Positions 11,379 through 24,326 are shown, counted from the first letter of the whole stretch. The stretch: 62,647 bases of DNA, filler included, from Reclinomonas americana ATCC 50394 (GCA_048213135.1; 39 parts of 39 records of this genome joined end to end with filler, not necessarily neighbours in it); one strand, 5' to 3'. Made by a program: numbers and translations. The notes: generated by a model from the letters alone, not told the origin.

Positions 11379-12900
11379 CAGCGTTCGTGTCGCCGACGTG
11401 AGCGTCGAAGTGCCGGCTGCGAATGAAGAGAAATAAGAATCATGTCATCGCGCGCTGCGTTGGCGCACCCACACTCACCAAATGTCTGCAGTGTTGGCAC
11501 CGGTGCCATGGCGGTGCCCACAGAGAATTGCGTAGACGCCAGGAAGGAGGTGGTCGGGGCTGTGACCGACAGCGACGATGACCCGCTGATGACGACATTC
11601 GTGGTGCTGGCAGAGGCTCCCAGTGTCAGCGTCGGTGCATCGAACGACACGCTTCCGGCAAATGTGCCGGTGAGCGTGTTGCCAACGACGGCAATGGTTG
11701 ACGTCGAGGCGGTGCCGAGGGAAATAGACGCCGAGGTGATGGTCGAAGTGGTCGACGAGACCAGGAATGCCGCTCCTGAGATGCTTGCCACTGCGACGAA
11801 ACACAACGAGGTCACCACCACGCCTGCAGATATAACACACGGCAACAACGTCAAACGCAACAGGTCGAACTGGCGACGGAAAACTGCGGGGAAGTAATGG
11901 TGGCAGAGCTCGACGCCGCCAGAGAGAAAACTGCCGTGTTCGCAGTAAGCGACGTGACTGCAGTCAAACTCATGGTCCTCCCGGTGGCGGTGAGCGTGAG
12001 GTTTCCGGCGTTGCCAATGACCACCGACGTAGCGGAGCCACCAAGTGAGAGTGATCCACTGGTGTCCACCGTGGCCGAGTTGCCGCCTTGCAACGACACC
12101 TGCAGCACACCGAAAAAATAAAATCCACCATTGAGCAAGTAGACTGAGGAGGACAAGTGACACGAGAGCACACAACGTTCTTGTTCAGCGAAATGTCGCC
12201 GAGGATGAGGTCACCATGGGCGGTAACATCGCCACTGGAACCGGCTCGGATCACCAGACTTGCGCCAGCCGCCATGTCGGAAACCGCTCGATCAGGACGG
12301 CGAATGGTTGACGTATGAACGAGGTCGTCGTCAAAAAGCAAAAGATTTGCCGTCGTCCGTAGGTACGATGTGGACGGAATCCGCAAATTTCCCAGCAAGT
12401 CGGTCAGAGTCGACTGCACTGTTGTGGTGCTGCTGCTCGTGCCAATGGTCACCTGCAAGCGGCACATCAGCAAGTGAGAAGACCTACATCCACGCGACAA
12501 GACACACATACATACACACACACACACGTACTTGGCGTGAGGCGTTGGTGCCGAGCAGAACACGACCGTGTGTTGTGCCACCAGTACCGGCGTCAATCAC
12601 CCTGTGTCGGACACACATTCACATCAGCATCACCTACGCACGGGAGTCCATGGCAAGACTGCGGACACGCAACATGTCACCGCCAGTTGTCGTGGACGCC
12701 TGTCCACTGAACTGTGTGGTTCCACCAGCTGCACCAGCAGTCGTCTGCACTCGACCAATCGCGATACTCGACGCCGTCGAGTCGCCAAGAGTCAACGAGC
12801 CATTGCCTGCAAAGGCGCAAGTCAACATCACCAAACAACAATCAGTGAACCTCCGACCGACTCACCTGGAACAAGCTGGATTGAGTTTGTGGCAGACATG
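11379..12900 (-). CDS. Ser/Thr/Gly-rich, beta-solenoid-like (adhesin/fibre-like) protein fragment, spliced
   Basis: Exons such as GNGSLTLGDSTASSIAIGR, VSLQGGNSATVDTSGSLSLGGSATSVVIGN, STITSASISLGTASTSTIAVVG separated by GT-AG introns. Confidence 0.5.
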
Positions 12901-14618
12901 NNNNNNNNNNNNNNNNNNNNNNNNNNNNNNNNNNNNNNNNNNNNTTAATTAATTAANNNNNNNNNNNNNNNNNNNNNNNNNNNNNNNNNNNNNNNNNNNN
13001 CACATTGTGACGTCGCGGCGACGTCGAGATGTGTCGTGCGCCTGTGAACATGGCGGCACTGGACAGGGCCGATGACGCGGCGGCCTCGCCGCTCTTGGGT
13101 GAGCCCATGTCGTCGGCCGATGGAGGAGCGGGATGAGCAGTGGGAGATGAGGGGGGAAGAGGGGGATCGGTTTCTGTGATTTCCACTGGTGCTGTTGATG
13201 TTTGTGAGAAACAGTGAGTGAGAAAGAGAGAGAGAGAGTGTGTGTGTGTGAGTGTGTGTGTGTGTGTTCTCTTTCTCTCTCACACACACATTTTCGCACT
13301 CTCCCTCTCTCTTTCCCTCTCGCCTATCGCCTATCGCCATTGTACTCTCTGTGCCCTTCGGTGGCGACACACACACACACGCACTCACTCACTCACTCAC
13401 TCACTCACTCTTCGCACACACATTCCTCTCTTTCCCTCTCTCTCTCACACAAACTATCTTTCACACACACACACACACACACGTGTGTTGTGCGCAACGA
13501 TCAGCAGTGGTCGCCATCGCGTCTTCACTCATTTCTTCTCTCCACCAATGCGTCGATTTGTCAGGACACTAACGGGCGTTGGAAGTTGGCGTCCAACACG
13601 CGCTGCTCGATTACCAATGCACGTGAGAACACAAGTGCTTGCACGTTGCGTGGGAGAGTCGTGGCTATTCTTTGCACGCGAGTTGCTTGCGACGTCGAAC
13701 GTCGAGACAATTGCATCGGAACCCACGAGCACAGCTCGGAAGCACGCATAGCAAAAACAGTCGCTGCATACACGCGCCGCGCAGGGTGATACGCAGAAGA
13801 AGAAGAACGCAAACTGCAGCTCATGGACAAGAAAGAGCAAGAAAACACTGCTTTCTAGATCTCCACATTGCACATGTCCAAACCTTGCCGACGATGACCT
13901 TGGCACACCTACAATAGTAGACACACAATTACTCTTCTTCAACAGTCCTCTTCCCGTGCAGAAGACAACGCCAACCAAACGACGCCAAGCAATATTGCAA
14001 TTCGAATTCGAATTCCCACATGCTTTCCCAGAATTCGAATTCCCCAGAGGCTTCCCGTGCATCATGTGCACTCATCCCATCCTTGCAACTACGATAGCCA
14101 TGCTTTCTTTCTCGTGTGGGCTTTACACATGAGAGGAAGAGAAACAGCATGAAAATTCCTTCATTTTTCGTGCACAATGCTGCTGTGGAGAGCGGCAACG
14201 CGGTCTGTCTCACAGGCATCGCCTCTGTTGTGGAGGCGGTTGATGTCGACTGCGGAGGCGGCGAGCAGTGTGAGTGTGTGTGTGAGAGAGAAGGAGTGTG
14301 TGTCTCTGTGCTCATTGTGTGTGTGTGTGTGTGTGTAGGCAAGTGTGACTGGTTCTTCTCCTGCTGCTGCTCCTGCTACGGCTGCTGCTGCTCCGGGTGC
14401 GACTGCACAGGTGTGTGAGTGAGGGAGAGAGAGAGATGCATTGATGATTCTGTGCATCCACTGTGAGGGATGCATGTTGGGGAGAGAGAGAGAGAGAGAG
14501 AGAGAGAGGAGGGGAGGANNNNNNNNNNNNNNNNNNNNNNNNNNNNNNNNNNNNNNNNNNNNTTAATTAATTAANNNNNNNNNNNNNNNNNNNNNNNNNN
14601 NNNNNNNNNNNNNNNNNN

Positions 14619-14889
14619 TAAGTGCAGCACTGCCAGACGCGAGGGCCCAGATCCCTCTTGCCGGGCTTGCCACCTCACCACCGTCGAAGAGGTCCTTACG
14701 CGCCCAGCGGATCGCCTTCTCGAAGAGGGCATCCTTGCCGTCAGGGGTGACCGTGGCCAAGTCGGACGCAGGAACGGCCTCGTTGGCCCGCACCCAAGCG
14801 TACACCTGGCCGGGCGTTGAAGGGCCCAGCGCCTTGAGCGCGTTGATCACCCAGGCCCGATACAGCTCTCGGGAGGCTTCCGTCTCCAT
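14619..14889 (-). CDS. Mrr N-terminal winged-helix domain protein, 3' end not visible (bacterial)
   Basis: GGAGAGG RBS then ATG at 14889; VINALKALG...FEKAIRWARKDLFDGGEVASPARGIWAL matches Mrr_N (f..ri.WAr..L...G.i.s..RGiW.lt). Confidence 0.75.
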
Positions 14890-14906
14890 AGTCTCGCCTC
14901 TCCAGC

Positions 14907-15953
14907 TCAACCCAGCTCGACGCCGAGGCGGTCTCGCAGGACGTCAAGCGTGCGGGGCTCGCGCAGTTTGCAGACGATGTTCTGGTTGGCGAACATGCCC
15001 TCGAACCTGACGGCGTCGGCGATAGGAACCGTCTTCACCCAGTCCACGGCCACCGCGTATTCGGCCACCTCCGGATCGTTCCGATCATGTGCCAGGTTGG
15101 GCTGGGCCAACGGCTGATCCAGCAAAGGGCCAGCCTCGGTGACGAAGTCGCGTGCCATCACCACGGGCGCGCTCACCTTGCCGTAGCCGACATAGCCCGC
15201 GCCCTTCTGATAAACCGCGATGGGGTCGCCAACGCTCAGACGTCGTAGCGGGCCGGACCACTTCTCGCCGCCGCCTGCGGCTACGAACCCGTAACGGCGC
15301 ATATCCTCCCAGGAGCGGGTGTCCCCGTCACCGGCGTTGACATACCAGAGGCCTTGCCAAGGCGCCTGGACCTTGGCTTCAGACCTGACGGCCACCTCTT
15401 GCTGGTCAAGCAGCCAATCCGTCGTCAGCAGTGTCTGCCCGGCTTCCTGGAAGACGGTGAAGAACGCCGTGTTGATGGCGATGCCGTGCGTCTCGGACAG
15501 GTAGCGGACGATCCGCTGCGATGAAGGGTCCAGGGCGCTCGCCACGATGACCATGGAGTGGCTCTGATTGAGGCGCTCCGGCGGGCTCGAACCGAAGCGC
15601 TCTGCGAAGGCCGTTGCGAGATTTCGCCCAAGGTAGGTTTGGGCCCTCTCGTAGATCTGCGGCGTCGTCAGGGACTGGACCCAGCTCGCATAATCCAGCA
15701 CCTGTGCGACGATCTCGCGGGGCGTGCGGTCCCGCTTCAGCTCGACGATGGAGAGGTTGCCGTCAGAATCGATCCCGAGGAGATCGATGCGGCCGCCGAA
15801 ATCTGTGATGATCTGGCGGCCGATGATCAGGACATCGAGGCCTAGGAGGGACGGCTGGTCGGCCACCCACCCCTCGATCATGTCCTCACTGGCGAGCTGG
15901 CCTTGCGGAACGGGGACGAGCGCACCGTTAGTCAATTTGTAGAGGCGGGTCAC
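14907..15953 (-). CDS. NucS/DUF91-like PD-(D/E)XK endonuclease with a C-terminal EVE/PUA-like domain (bacterial)
   Basis: SEDMIEGWV...GRIDLLGIDSDGNLSIVELKR...AQVLDYA (PD-(D/E)XK plus QxxxY); C-terminal WYVN...W...LRRLSVGDPIAVYQKGAGYVGYGKV; GTGA overlap with the upstream hsdS stop. Confidence 0.8.
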   Translation of the reverse strand: MTRLYKLTNGALVPVPQGQLASEDMIEGWVADQPSLLGLDVLIIGRQIITDFGGRIDLLGIDSDGNLSIVELKRDRTPREIVAQVLDYASWVQSLTTPQIYERAQTYLGRNLATAFAERFGSSPPERLNQSHSMVIVASALDPSSQRIVRYLSETHGIAINTAFFTVFQEAGQTLLTTDWLLDQQEVAVRSEAKVQAPWQGLWYVNAGDGDTRSWEDMRRYGFVAAGGGEKWSGPLRRLSVGDPIAVYQKGAGYVGYGKVSAPVVMARDFVTEAGPLLDQPLAQPNLAHDRNDPEVAEYAVAVDWVKTVPIADAVRFEGMFANQNIVCKLREPRTLDVLRDRLGVELG

Positions 15954-16138
15954 GCGTCACCTGAGGCGGCTGACGACCGCCTTCCTCTGCGACGAGGAAT
16001 TCCGCCAGCTGCCTCGCGCTCGGCTCGGATGCGGTCCAGCAGGGCGCTCGCCGGCTCGTCGTTCGGATCCTGGGGAACCAGCTCGCCGCGGAAAGCTTTG
16101 GCCAGGACGGCTTGATCGAGACGATCAAGAAGCACTAG
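15950..16138 (-). CDS. hsdS: Type I restriction-modification specificity subunit, C-terminal end
   Basis: LDRLDQAVLAKAFRGELVPQDPNDEPASALLDRIRAER is the characteristic HsdS C-terminal motif. Confidence 0.88.
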   Translation of the reverse strand, partial: LVLLDRLDQAVLAKAFRGELVPQDPNDEPASALLDRIRAEREAAGGIPRRRGRRSSAASGDA

Positions 16139-16399
16139 NNNNNNNNNNNNNNNNNNNNNNNNNNNNNNNNNNNNNNNNNNNNTTAATTAATTAANNNNNN
16201 NNNNNNNNNNNNNNNNNNNNNNNNNNNNNNNNNNNNNNTCTCTCTCTTTCTCTCTTCCATCTCGGAGTGCTTATCCATCGCGTAACGCATGCATGTGTGT
16301 GTTGGGTGTCTTTTGTGCGAGTCGCAGCCGTGGTGTGAATCACATGCATACGTGCATCGCCCTTTCTCTCTCCCCCTTCTCCTCTCTTTCCCTCGCTCT

Positions 16400-17560
16400 T
16401 CTCCCTCAGACAGCGAGCTCCCTCTGCCACTCCTGCGGACACATCTTCTCACGCTGCGAGGACTCGCTATTCTACTCTATCCTTGCGCCTCACCGCCCTC
16501 CCCCCTTCCCACTCCCATCCACGCAACAATCAATCGCCACAGCCGGGGGTGCCGACGAGTCGTCGACCACAGGTACACGCACGCACAAAGTACCCAGCGA
16601 AGTGGCAACGTTCTCCTCCAGCGTGAGCGTGGGCAGCAGGGAGGCATGCGCGCCATTGGTGCTGGCACCAAGCAGCGTTGCGACGGCATCTGCGAGTAGC
16701 CACCAACTGTGAACACTTCCAGCGGGATCGCGGCAAATCAACCAAATATGTCGACTCACCAGTGTTGAGCAGCGTCGTGGCAAACGCGGGCGACAGAGCC
16801 ACCACGACAGCCAGAGTGCGCGCACGCGTGGCATCGAAAGTAGAGATGGCCAGTCGAGTGGCGGAGACCTGGGCAAAAGTGAGCAAAAGGGAATCACCAA
16901 GAAAAAGCAATGATGATACGCACAAACTCCGCAGTCGACGAGGAGTCCTCCGGAGTCGACGGAATTTGCGATGCAGCGCGCACAGATGACAGCGCCGCAA
17001 GGAGCTCGACCGAGCGGAACGGCTCCAGCTGATCGGCACTCAGCGACAGCTGTCACACAGAGACGAGTGAGCGAAGCGAGCACATTGCTTCATAATCTCT
17101 GCCCGACTAGTTGCTTTCTCACCTCGGGCAGCACCAGCAGCTCCTTTTGTGCATTCACAATCGTCGGCTGGAAGGAGTAACAATCTTGTCAGTAATCTAT
17201 CACGCACGTGACAGTCGCGAGGGGATGACTTATTACCTTGACATCCATGTCGCGAATGACAGTGTTGGTGTTGACAACGGTACCGCACCAGCCGCGCTCG
17301 AGGTGATACACTCGTGTGCCGGTGCCAAACGTGCTCGGCCAGCCACCTGTGCGACACGCAACAAAGAGTGGGCAAGACTTCGTCACCACCTTCAACAAAG
17401 TAACGTGATTGCCGCTCACCAAGAACATTCATCGACGCCAGCGACAGCATGTACTGGGCCCAGAATTCACGCGGCCACTCGCCAATCGGTGGCACCTCGC
17501 CCACAAAGGCGGAGCCGTTGAGCAGAGCGTCGGCCACCACAGCGCGGGCGGGGATCGACT
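16400..17560 (-). CDS. Uncharacterised spliced eukaryotic gene with a Cys-rich (RING/zinc finger-like) segment
   Basis: CRS...APCGAVICARCIANSVDSGGLLVDCGVC; open exons bounded by GT-AG; boundaries approximate. Confidence 0.35.
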
Positions 17561-17628
17561 ACGGGGAAAAGGGGGTGAGAAAGGGAAAGGACAGGGAGAG
17601 AGCCGAGAGACGAGAGAGAGAGAGAGAG

Positions 17629-17677
<49 letters not shown>

Positions 17678-17856
17678 AGAAGAGAGAGAAGAAGAGAGAG
17701 AGAAGAGAGAGAGAAGAGAGAGAGAGAAGAGAGAAGAAGAGAGAGAGAGAGAGAAGNNNNNNNNNNNNNNNNNNNNNNNNNNNNNNNNNNNNNNNNNNNN
17801 TTAATTAATTAANNNNNNNNNNNNNNNNNNNNNNNNNNNNNNNNNNNNNNNNNNNN

Positions 17857-18301
17857 GTGGTCACTGGAAAGTGGCGAGGAGGTGCGACACATTGATTGGG
17901 CGTATTACGTTGCTCTCACTCCCGATGGTCAGCACTTGGTGAGCGGCGGCGGTATCAACGCAGTGCGTGTGTGGTCGCTGGCGAGTGGAGAAGAAGTTCA
18001 ACGGCTCAAGGGGCATTCCGAATTTGTGTTCTCTCTTGCCGTCGCTCACCATGGTCAGCTGATTGCCAGTGGGGGCTTTGAGGTCATCACCATGTGGTCC
18101 ACCCCCCTCGGCTTTGCTCTCCTCGAGCTCGACGAAGCACGAGAGACCTTGCGTATTGTTCGAGAGATGCAGGAACACGAGGTCGGTGACGAACCGCTGT
18201 CACAACGCTGTCTCCCGGAGCTGGTGTTGCGGTGTTTCATCGTCGAGGAAGCTGAGGTTGTGGTGCACCGATGCCGAGTGGATCCGACGCTGCATTTGTA
18301 A
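17857..18301 (+). CDS. WD40 protein 3' end, paralogue of 8336-9442 with the same C-terminal tail
   Basis: VALTPDGQHLVSGG..VRVWSLASGEEVQRLKGH; tail STPLGFALLELDEARETL...RCLPELVLRCFIVEEAEVVVHR. Confidence 0.88.
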
Positions 18302-18541
18302 GCCTGTTTCGTGGATGCAAGAAGCCTCTTGCAGAGAAGCATGGAGCCACTTTCGGTGACGCAGGATGACTGTTCTTATAGACAATGTGGAATGCATGAA
18401 TCCTTCTTCCCTTCATCAGTCAGCGACGCGAACTTCATTCCAGCCACGCTACGCTGTTCATACTCGCACACACACATTTTTTGCACAAACTTCTCACCAC
18501 AGAGACGAAGAAAAACAACACAAAACATTGCAGCCCGAGCA

Positions 18542-19146
18542 TCATCGCTCACACATCTCCTCCAGTCGCTGCGCGCCGAGTGAGAGAATCTCCTTCAGTG
18601 CAATCGCGACCTCGTCCATCGCCGGTCGACTGTTTTGCCGACCACTGCCCGACCAGCAGCGTTGAATAATGGTCAGTACCGGTGGTGGGCATCGTTTTCC
18701 CGAGCACAGCTCCGGGCGCTTATTCAGCATGCCCACTTGCTGCATGATGGCGTACTGGTTCTTGCCCTTGAACGGCACCTCGTTCGACATCATCTCGTTG
18801 AGCATGACCGCGAAGCTAGTGAAAGGCGGGCAATGAGACGGGATGTGTGTGTGTGAATGATCGCGAGATGGAAGAGCAAACCAAACCTGTACGTGTCGAT
18901 CTTCTCGTCGTACGGTTCGTTACGAATGACCTCTGGAGCCATGTAGAGCCTGCGAGAGAAAGAGAGAGAGAAAATAAGCAAAAAAAGGGAAAAGTAGGGC
19001 GCGCTTCGCACAGCAACATGACGACGCACATGGTTCCTGTCATGCTCATCATTGTTTGCACGCTGTCCGAGTTGACGTTGACGCGGGAGATGCCAAAGTC
19101 GGCAATCTTGGCGTGCGAGCAGTCGCGCGTCATCAGGATGTTGCCC
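18542..19146 (-). CDS. TKL-group protein kinase, C-terminal exons
   Basis: GNILM..AKIADFGISR...TGT|LYMAPEV...YDEKIDTY|SFAVMLNEM...IIQRCW...RPAM; two GT-AG introns. Confidence 0.92.
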
Positions 19147-19476
19147 TGTGAAGGGAAAGGATGCGCGAATTAAGGGAAGGATTGATATCACGCGCAACGA
19201 GAAGAGTCGCACTCTCTCTCTCTCTCTCTGAAAGGAGAAGAGATTCTCTTGATGAAAGTAGTCTCAAGATGACAAGAGGGAAGACTGATACACGCGCACT
19301 CTTGGACGAAGGAGACAAATGCGGGAAAGGTAGAGGGAAGATTGATCCTCGCGCACTCTCGGGAGGAGGAGAACAANNNNNNNNNNNNNNNNNNNNNNNN
19401 NNNNNNNNNNNNNNNNNNNNTTAATTAATTAANNNNNNNNNNNNNNNNNNNNNNNNNNNNNNNNNNNNNNNNNNNN

Positions 19477-20212
19477 TGCCGAGGTACTGGTAGATGCCGA
19501 GGGTGACCGGGGTGATGTCGTCGGTGGTCGTGAGAGTCAGCGCGAAGAGGAAGTCGCTCCACGAGAACAGGAACGCGAAGAGCCCCGCGGTGATCAGCGA
19601 GTTCTTCGCGACCGGCAGCACGATCGACCAGAACGCACGAACGTGCCCGGCGCCGTCCACGCGCGCCGCCTCGATGATCGAGGGCGGCACGCTCATCATG
19701 AAGGCCCGGAGGATCATGATCGAGAACGGGATCGCGTGAGTGGCGTCGGCGAGGATGAGCCCGGGCATCGAGTTGAGCATGCCGAGGTCGTTGTAGGCCG
19801 CGTAGAGGGCATTCGCGATGACGACCCCGGGGATCATCTGCGCGATCAGCACCGCGAGCAGCGCGACGTTGATCCAGCGATAGCGGAACTGCGCGAGCGC
19901 GTACGCAGCCGGGGCAGCGATCGCGAGACTGAATACGACCGTACCCACCGAGATGATGAGGCTCGTGACGAGGTTCGGCCCCTGGTCGGCGAACGCCTTC
20001 TCATACCCCGCGAAGCTGGGGTTCAGGGGAAGGAGCGACGCGGTGAGGGTGTTGCCCGACGGCTGCAGCGAGGCGTTGAACATCCAGTAGACGGGGAACA
20101 GCATGATCGCGAGGAACGCGACGCCGAGCGCGGTGAAGAGGATGTCGCGCCCGGAGCGACGCGTCGCCCGCCGGTTCGCGGCGCCGTCGGTGACGATGGC
20201 CATGGTGGTCAT
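19477..20212 (-). CDS. Carbohydrate ABC transporter permease (MalG-like), 3' truncated; actinobacterial-style high GC
   Basis: IMLFPVYWMF...SIIEAARVDGAGHVRAFWSIVLP (EAA loop). Confidence 0.93.
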
Positions 20213-20224
20213 TGCTCTGCCTTC

Positions 20225-20994
20225 CTACTCGTCCACCTGTTTGCGGTTCCCGCGGAGGTAGAAGATCGCGAACACCAGCGAGATGAGGATGAGGATGTTG
20301 CTGAATGCGGCGCCGACGCCGAACTCGAAGTCGACGAACGACGACTGATAGGAGCGGATCGCGATCGTCTGCGTCGCGTTCGCCGGCCCGCCGTTGGTCA
20401 GCCCCAGGATGATGTCGATCACCTTGAGCGTGTAGACCACGCCGAGCACCAGCACCACGTTGATCACGGGGCGGAGGTTGGGCAGCGTGATGTGCCAGAA
20501 CGACTTCCAGCCGGTCGCCCCGTCGAGGGCTGCCGCCTCGTAGAGCTCCTCCGGGATGTCCTGGAGACCGCCGTACAGGATGGTCACGTTGAACGGGATG
20601 CCGATCCAGATGTTCACGAGGATGACGGCGATCAGCGCCACATCCGGACTGTTCAGCCAGGGAACCGCCCCGAGCCCGACCGAGGCGAGGAACTCGTTGA
20701 GGATGCCGCTGTCCTGGTCGAGGATGGATCGCCAGGTCGCGCTCGAGACGATGAGTGGAAGCAGCCACGGCAGCAGGAGCATCGCGCGGAGGAAGCCGCT
20801 GAGCGGGAACCGCCGCCGGAAGAACACGGCGAGCGCGAGCCCGATCACGAACTGTCCGGCGATGGAGCCGACCGTGAAGAGCGCCGTGTTCAGCATCGCG
20901 GGCCAGAACAGCCCGCTGTTCACGACGGTCGCGTAGTTCTCCCATCCCACCCACGGCGCCTCGCCGGTGAAGAAGGTCTTCGTCGTGTACTCCT
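20225..20994 (-). CDS. Carbohydrate ABC transporter permease (MalF/UgpA-like), 5' truncated
   Basis: VGWENY...GLQDIPEELYEAAALDGATGWKSFWHITLP...TNGGPANATQT. Confidence 0.93.
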
Positions 20995-22712
20995 NNNNNN
21001 NNNNNNNNNNNNNNNNNNNNNNNNNNNNNNNNNNNNNNTTAATTAATTAANNNNNNNNNNNNNNNNNNNNNNNNNNNNNNNNNNNNNNNNNNNNAAAGAT
21101 AGCAAGAGGTGTTGGTGTCAGGAAAACCAACAAAGCCAGGCAACGTGCAAGTAAGTCCGGGAAGGAGCTGAGGTGCAGTCGAGTGGTTGTCGCTGATGAT
21201 GGTGATGCTCACGGGAGTTGTCACTGCCGCCTGTTGATTCTGGCAACGGCACCGCAGCGCAATGCGCCGACCAGTTGTCCACAAACACCAATCTTTGGAT
21301 GTCGAAGGCCCGCCACACACCCTCTCCTTGATCGCACGCAGACTGCGAAACACAAAATGGTACTTTACAAGTGAACAGCCTCTCAAAAAACTCTCTCTCT
21401 CTCTCTCTCCCGTTAAAACTCCTTCTCCTTTCCCGTTCCCCCTGACTCATGGCACCAGCTGCGTGCTTGCCCTGCGCGACACCTGCACACTGCTGCCTTG
21501 CGACAACGGAGCCTGCGAAAAAAAAAAGACAGTGAGCAGCCAGCCAGTCACTTTTGCCTCACAGAAAACCTATTACAAAACCGTCGATGGCATCCGATTT
21601 GAACTCGCCGGTCGCACCGCGTACGCTGCACTGCGCGACATCGGTCGCGCGCGTGGCTCTGCTCGCGACTGTTGCTGCTGCTGGTGTGGCTGTGCGCTGC
21701 TCGCGCCGCTGAGGAACGACGGCATGTTCATGGCGCGTTTGCGATCCATCTCACGCGATACTTGCGAAATCGAACATGGACTGCACCGGCGGTATGTCAG
21801 CAATAAGAAGACGCACCACGCTCTCCACTGTGCGAAGAAACGCAACAGACACAACCACGAGGCCAAGCAATCAACCGCGGGTCTCTGCCCAAATATGGTG
21901 ATGTGAGAACGGCACGTGCCAATACCCCGCCAGCACCACGCGACCAACAAATGAAAAACAACGCACCGACGCATACTCGAATCGTCTCCTCAGCGCCCGT
22001 CGATTGCGCCAGTCGGCCACACACGGCAGCACGAGACCCACACAGCACCACTGCACATGCAGTCAATAAACCGATCAAATACCGCACAATTACCAACAAA
22101 TCGCACAGAGTCACGCAACCGCTTGGCTAAAGTCTGCGCTGTCAATGGCACCGGCGCCGGCTCCGATCGCCAAACACGGACATACCACCTGCAAGAAAGT
22201 GGGCGGTGAGAACACACAGAGAGACAGACACACACCCCGCGTTTGGAAAGATTGTCAACGGTCGTCGCGATGACCAAACTGGAGGCAAGTAGTAGCAATT
22301 GAGGAAGAGAAGGAGAAGACGAGGAGAAGAACACATTGCTCCTCACGCTTCGCACACACACGCGCGCGCGTGAGAGCACTGTGGAGAGGAGCAGGCGACA
22401 AGGATGCTCTCCTTCGCGCAGAGTGTGTGCGCTTTCGTGTGCGCGTGGAAAGTGGCAAAGAAGGAAACCAGCGAAAGCGGCCGTTCACAATGGCCACTCA
22501 ATAAACAGTCAACGCAACTGAGCACAAGCAACTGCGCGTGAGGAGCGACAGAGAGAGCGTGGAGGGGAGGGAGAGTGTGTGTGAGAACACAATATAAACT
22601 GTTCAAGGAGGGNNNNNNNNNNNNNNNNNNNNNNNNNNNNNNNNNNNNNNNNNNNNTTAATTAATTAANNNNNNNNNNNNNNNNNNNNNNNNNNNNNNNN
22701 NNNNNNNNNNNN

Positions 22713-23850
22713 CGGCCGCCGAGAGAGAGCAGCACTCGACTGCGAGTAGTTCGCCGACGGGCCTGAACCGGCACGCGGATCGGACGCTGGCTCCCCGGAA
22801 ACGAGACGACGAGACAAAAGCAAGCGCATGGCGAGGTGCTGTCAAGCGGGCGGTTCCACTCGACGTACAAGTCGCGGCCACGAGCCCGTGTCGCGTAGGC
22901 AAAGTCGGATGCCTGCTTGCCGGAACGCAGTGAATTTCTTGTACATGATTGTCAACTCCACAAAACACCGTGCACGCAACTGCGCCACGCCCACCACTGA
23001 CCCACGCATGCGAGAAGGCAATCTGCGACCCATTTGGCACGCGGATGACGGCACAGTGTCGAGTGCCACGGAAGAGCACTCGCACCAACATGAACCTACG
23101 ACAATTGTTGGTGACAAAACTGCAGCAAATGCTCATGAACACACAAAGCAAGTAGTCCACAAACCCGTCCACCGGCACCGACAACTGCCCTTTCCCCGTG
23201 ATGTCGAGCCAGTACATCGGCGGTAGGCTCCGCCGTTCGACTGCACGATTGGCGGCCAAGTCCTCCCGCAGCTTGTTGTGCATCGCCGTCAGTTCCAAGG
23301 CGTAGCTCGCATCCTCGTTGTTGATCGTGTCGGCGTCATCCGAAGTCGAGGTCGTCGTCGTCGAGGTGGTTGTCGCGGCTCGTGCATCGATTGCTCGCTT
23401 CTTCCGCGGCGGCGATTTCGCGACGTCGACCCCGTCGCGACCGATATCGGGCTCCGGTGACTCGGATCGAGGGCGTCGCCTGCACACCATCAGTGCCCAA
23501 CAAGCTTCAGGCGCAATCACGTTCCCCCTCTGCAGCACGTACCTCGATCCCAATCCCGCGTCAAACCGGTCAACGCGCAAACTGAGTGGATCGTCCATCG
23601 ACTGCGCGTCCCACGCCTGCACCGACGTCGAGTCTGCACTTCGTTGCAGTAGCGGGGAGCTGTGGCCAGACAGCAGCATGTCGACCCAGCCATTGGCCGC
23701 AGTTGCAGCTCGATGAACGTCCGGTTGCAGCACAGACCAGCGGGGAGGACGTTCGTCCTCCGCCAGTCGATCCAATGGCGGCAAATCGTCAACCTCAGCG
23801 CTGTCACTAGCTGCCTGTCGTCCCTGCAGTGTGGGCGTCGGTGGATCCAT
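22713..23850 (-). CDS. Uncharacterised eukaryotic protein 5' part with a putative NLS
   Basis: Long open exon from ATG 23850 (MDPPTPT) containing SPPRKKRA, followed by introns. Confidence 0.45.
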
Positions 23851-24326
23851 TGAAGATCTGCAAGCAAAACAAGCAAACAGGCATGCATGACGAACAAACG
23901 AAAATCGACGCAATGGAATTCATTCAACTTCAATTGGGCAGTCGATCGCCCCCTTCCTTTCAGTTTCACACGTTCTCTCTTTGCTCCACCCTCTTCTTGT
24001 GCCACACCACGAGGTATGCGACTCTCATCTCAGATGCATCACCATCAAAGTGCAAAAGTGTCTTGTCACTCACTCTTCTCTCTCTGTGTGTTACCAGCCA
24101 CACACACACCTGTGTCCGCAGCAGACGCTGTCGCTGTCGAGTGGTTGCGAGGAGTGTGCGCTCTGTGCCCACTGGCAACCCCACTGTGACAATGCACACA
24201 CGCACGTGGTGCTGGCGTTCTTGCGTNNNNNNNNNNNNNNNNNNNNNNNNNNNNNNNNNNNNNNNNNNNNTTAATTAATTAANNNNNNNNNNNNNNNNNN
24301 NNNNNNNNNNNNNNNNNNNNNNNNNN

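Noticed and set aside
19643..21046. 467-aa plus-strand ORF and similar long antisense ORFs (40614-41504, 41951-42865, 59768-61027, 61311-62465)
   Set aside because: Shadow ORFs opposite real high-GC genes; no recognisable motifs.
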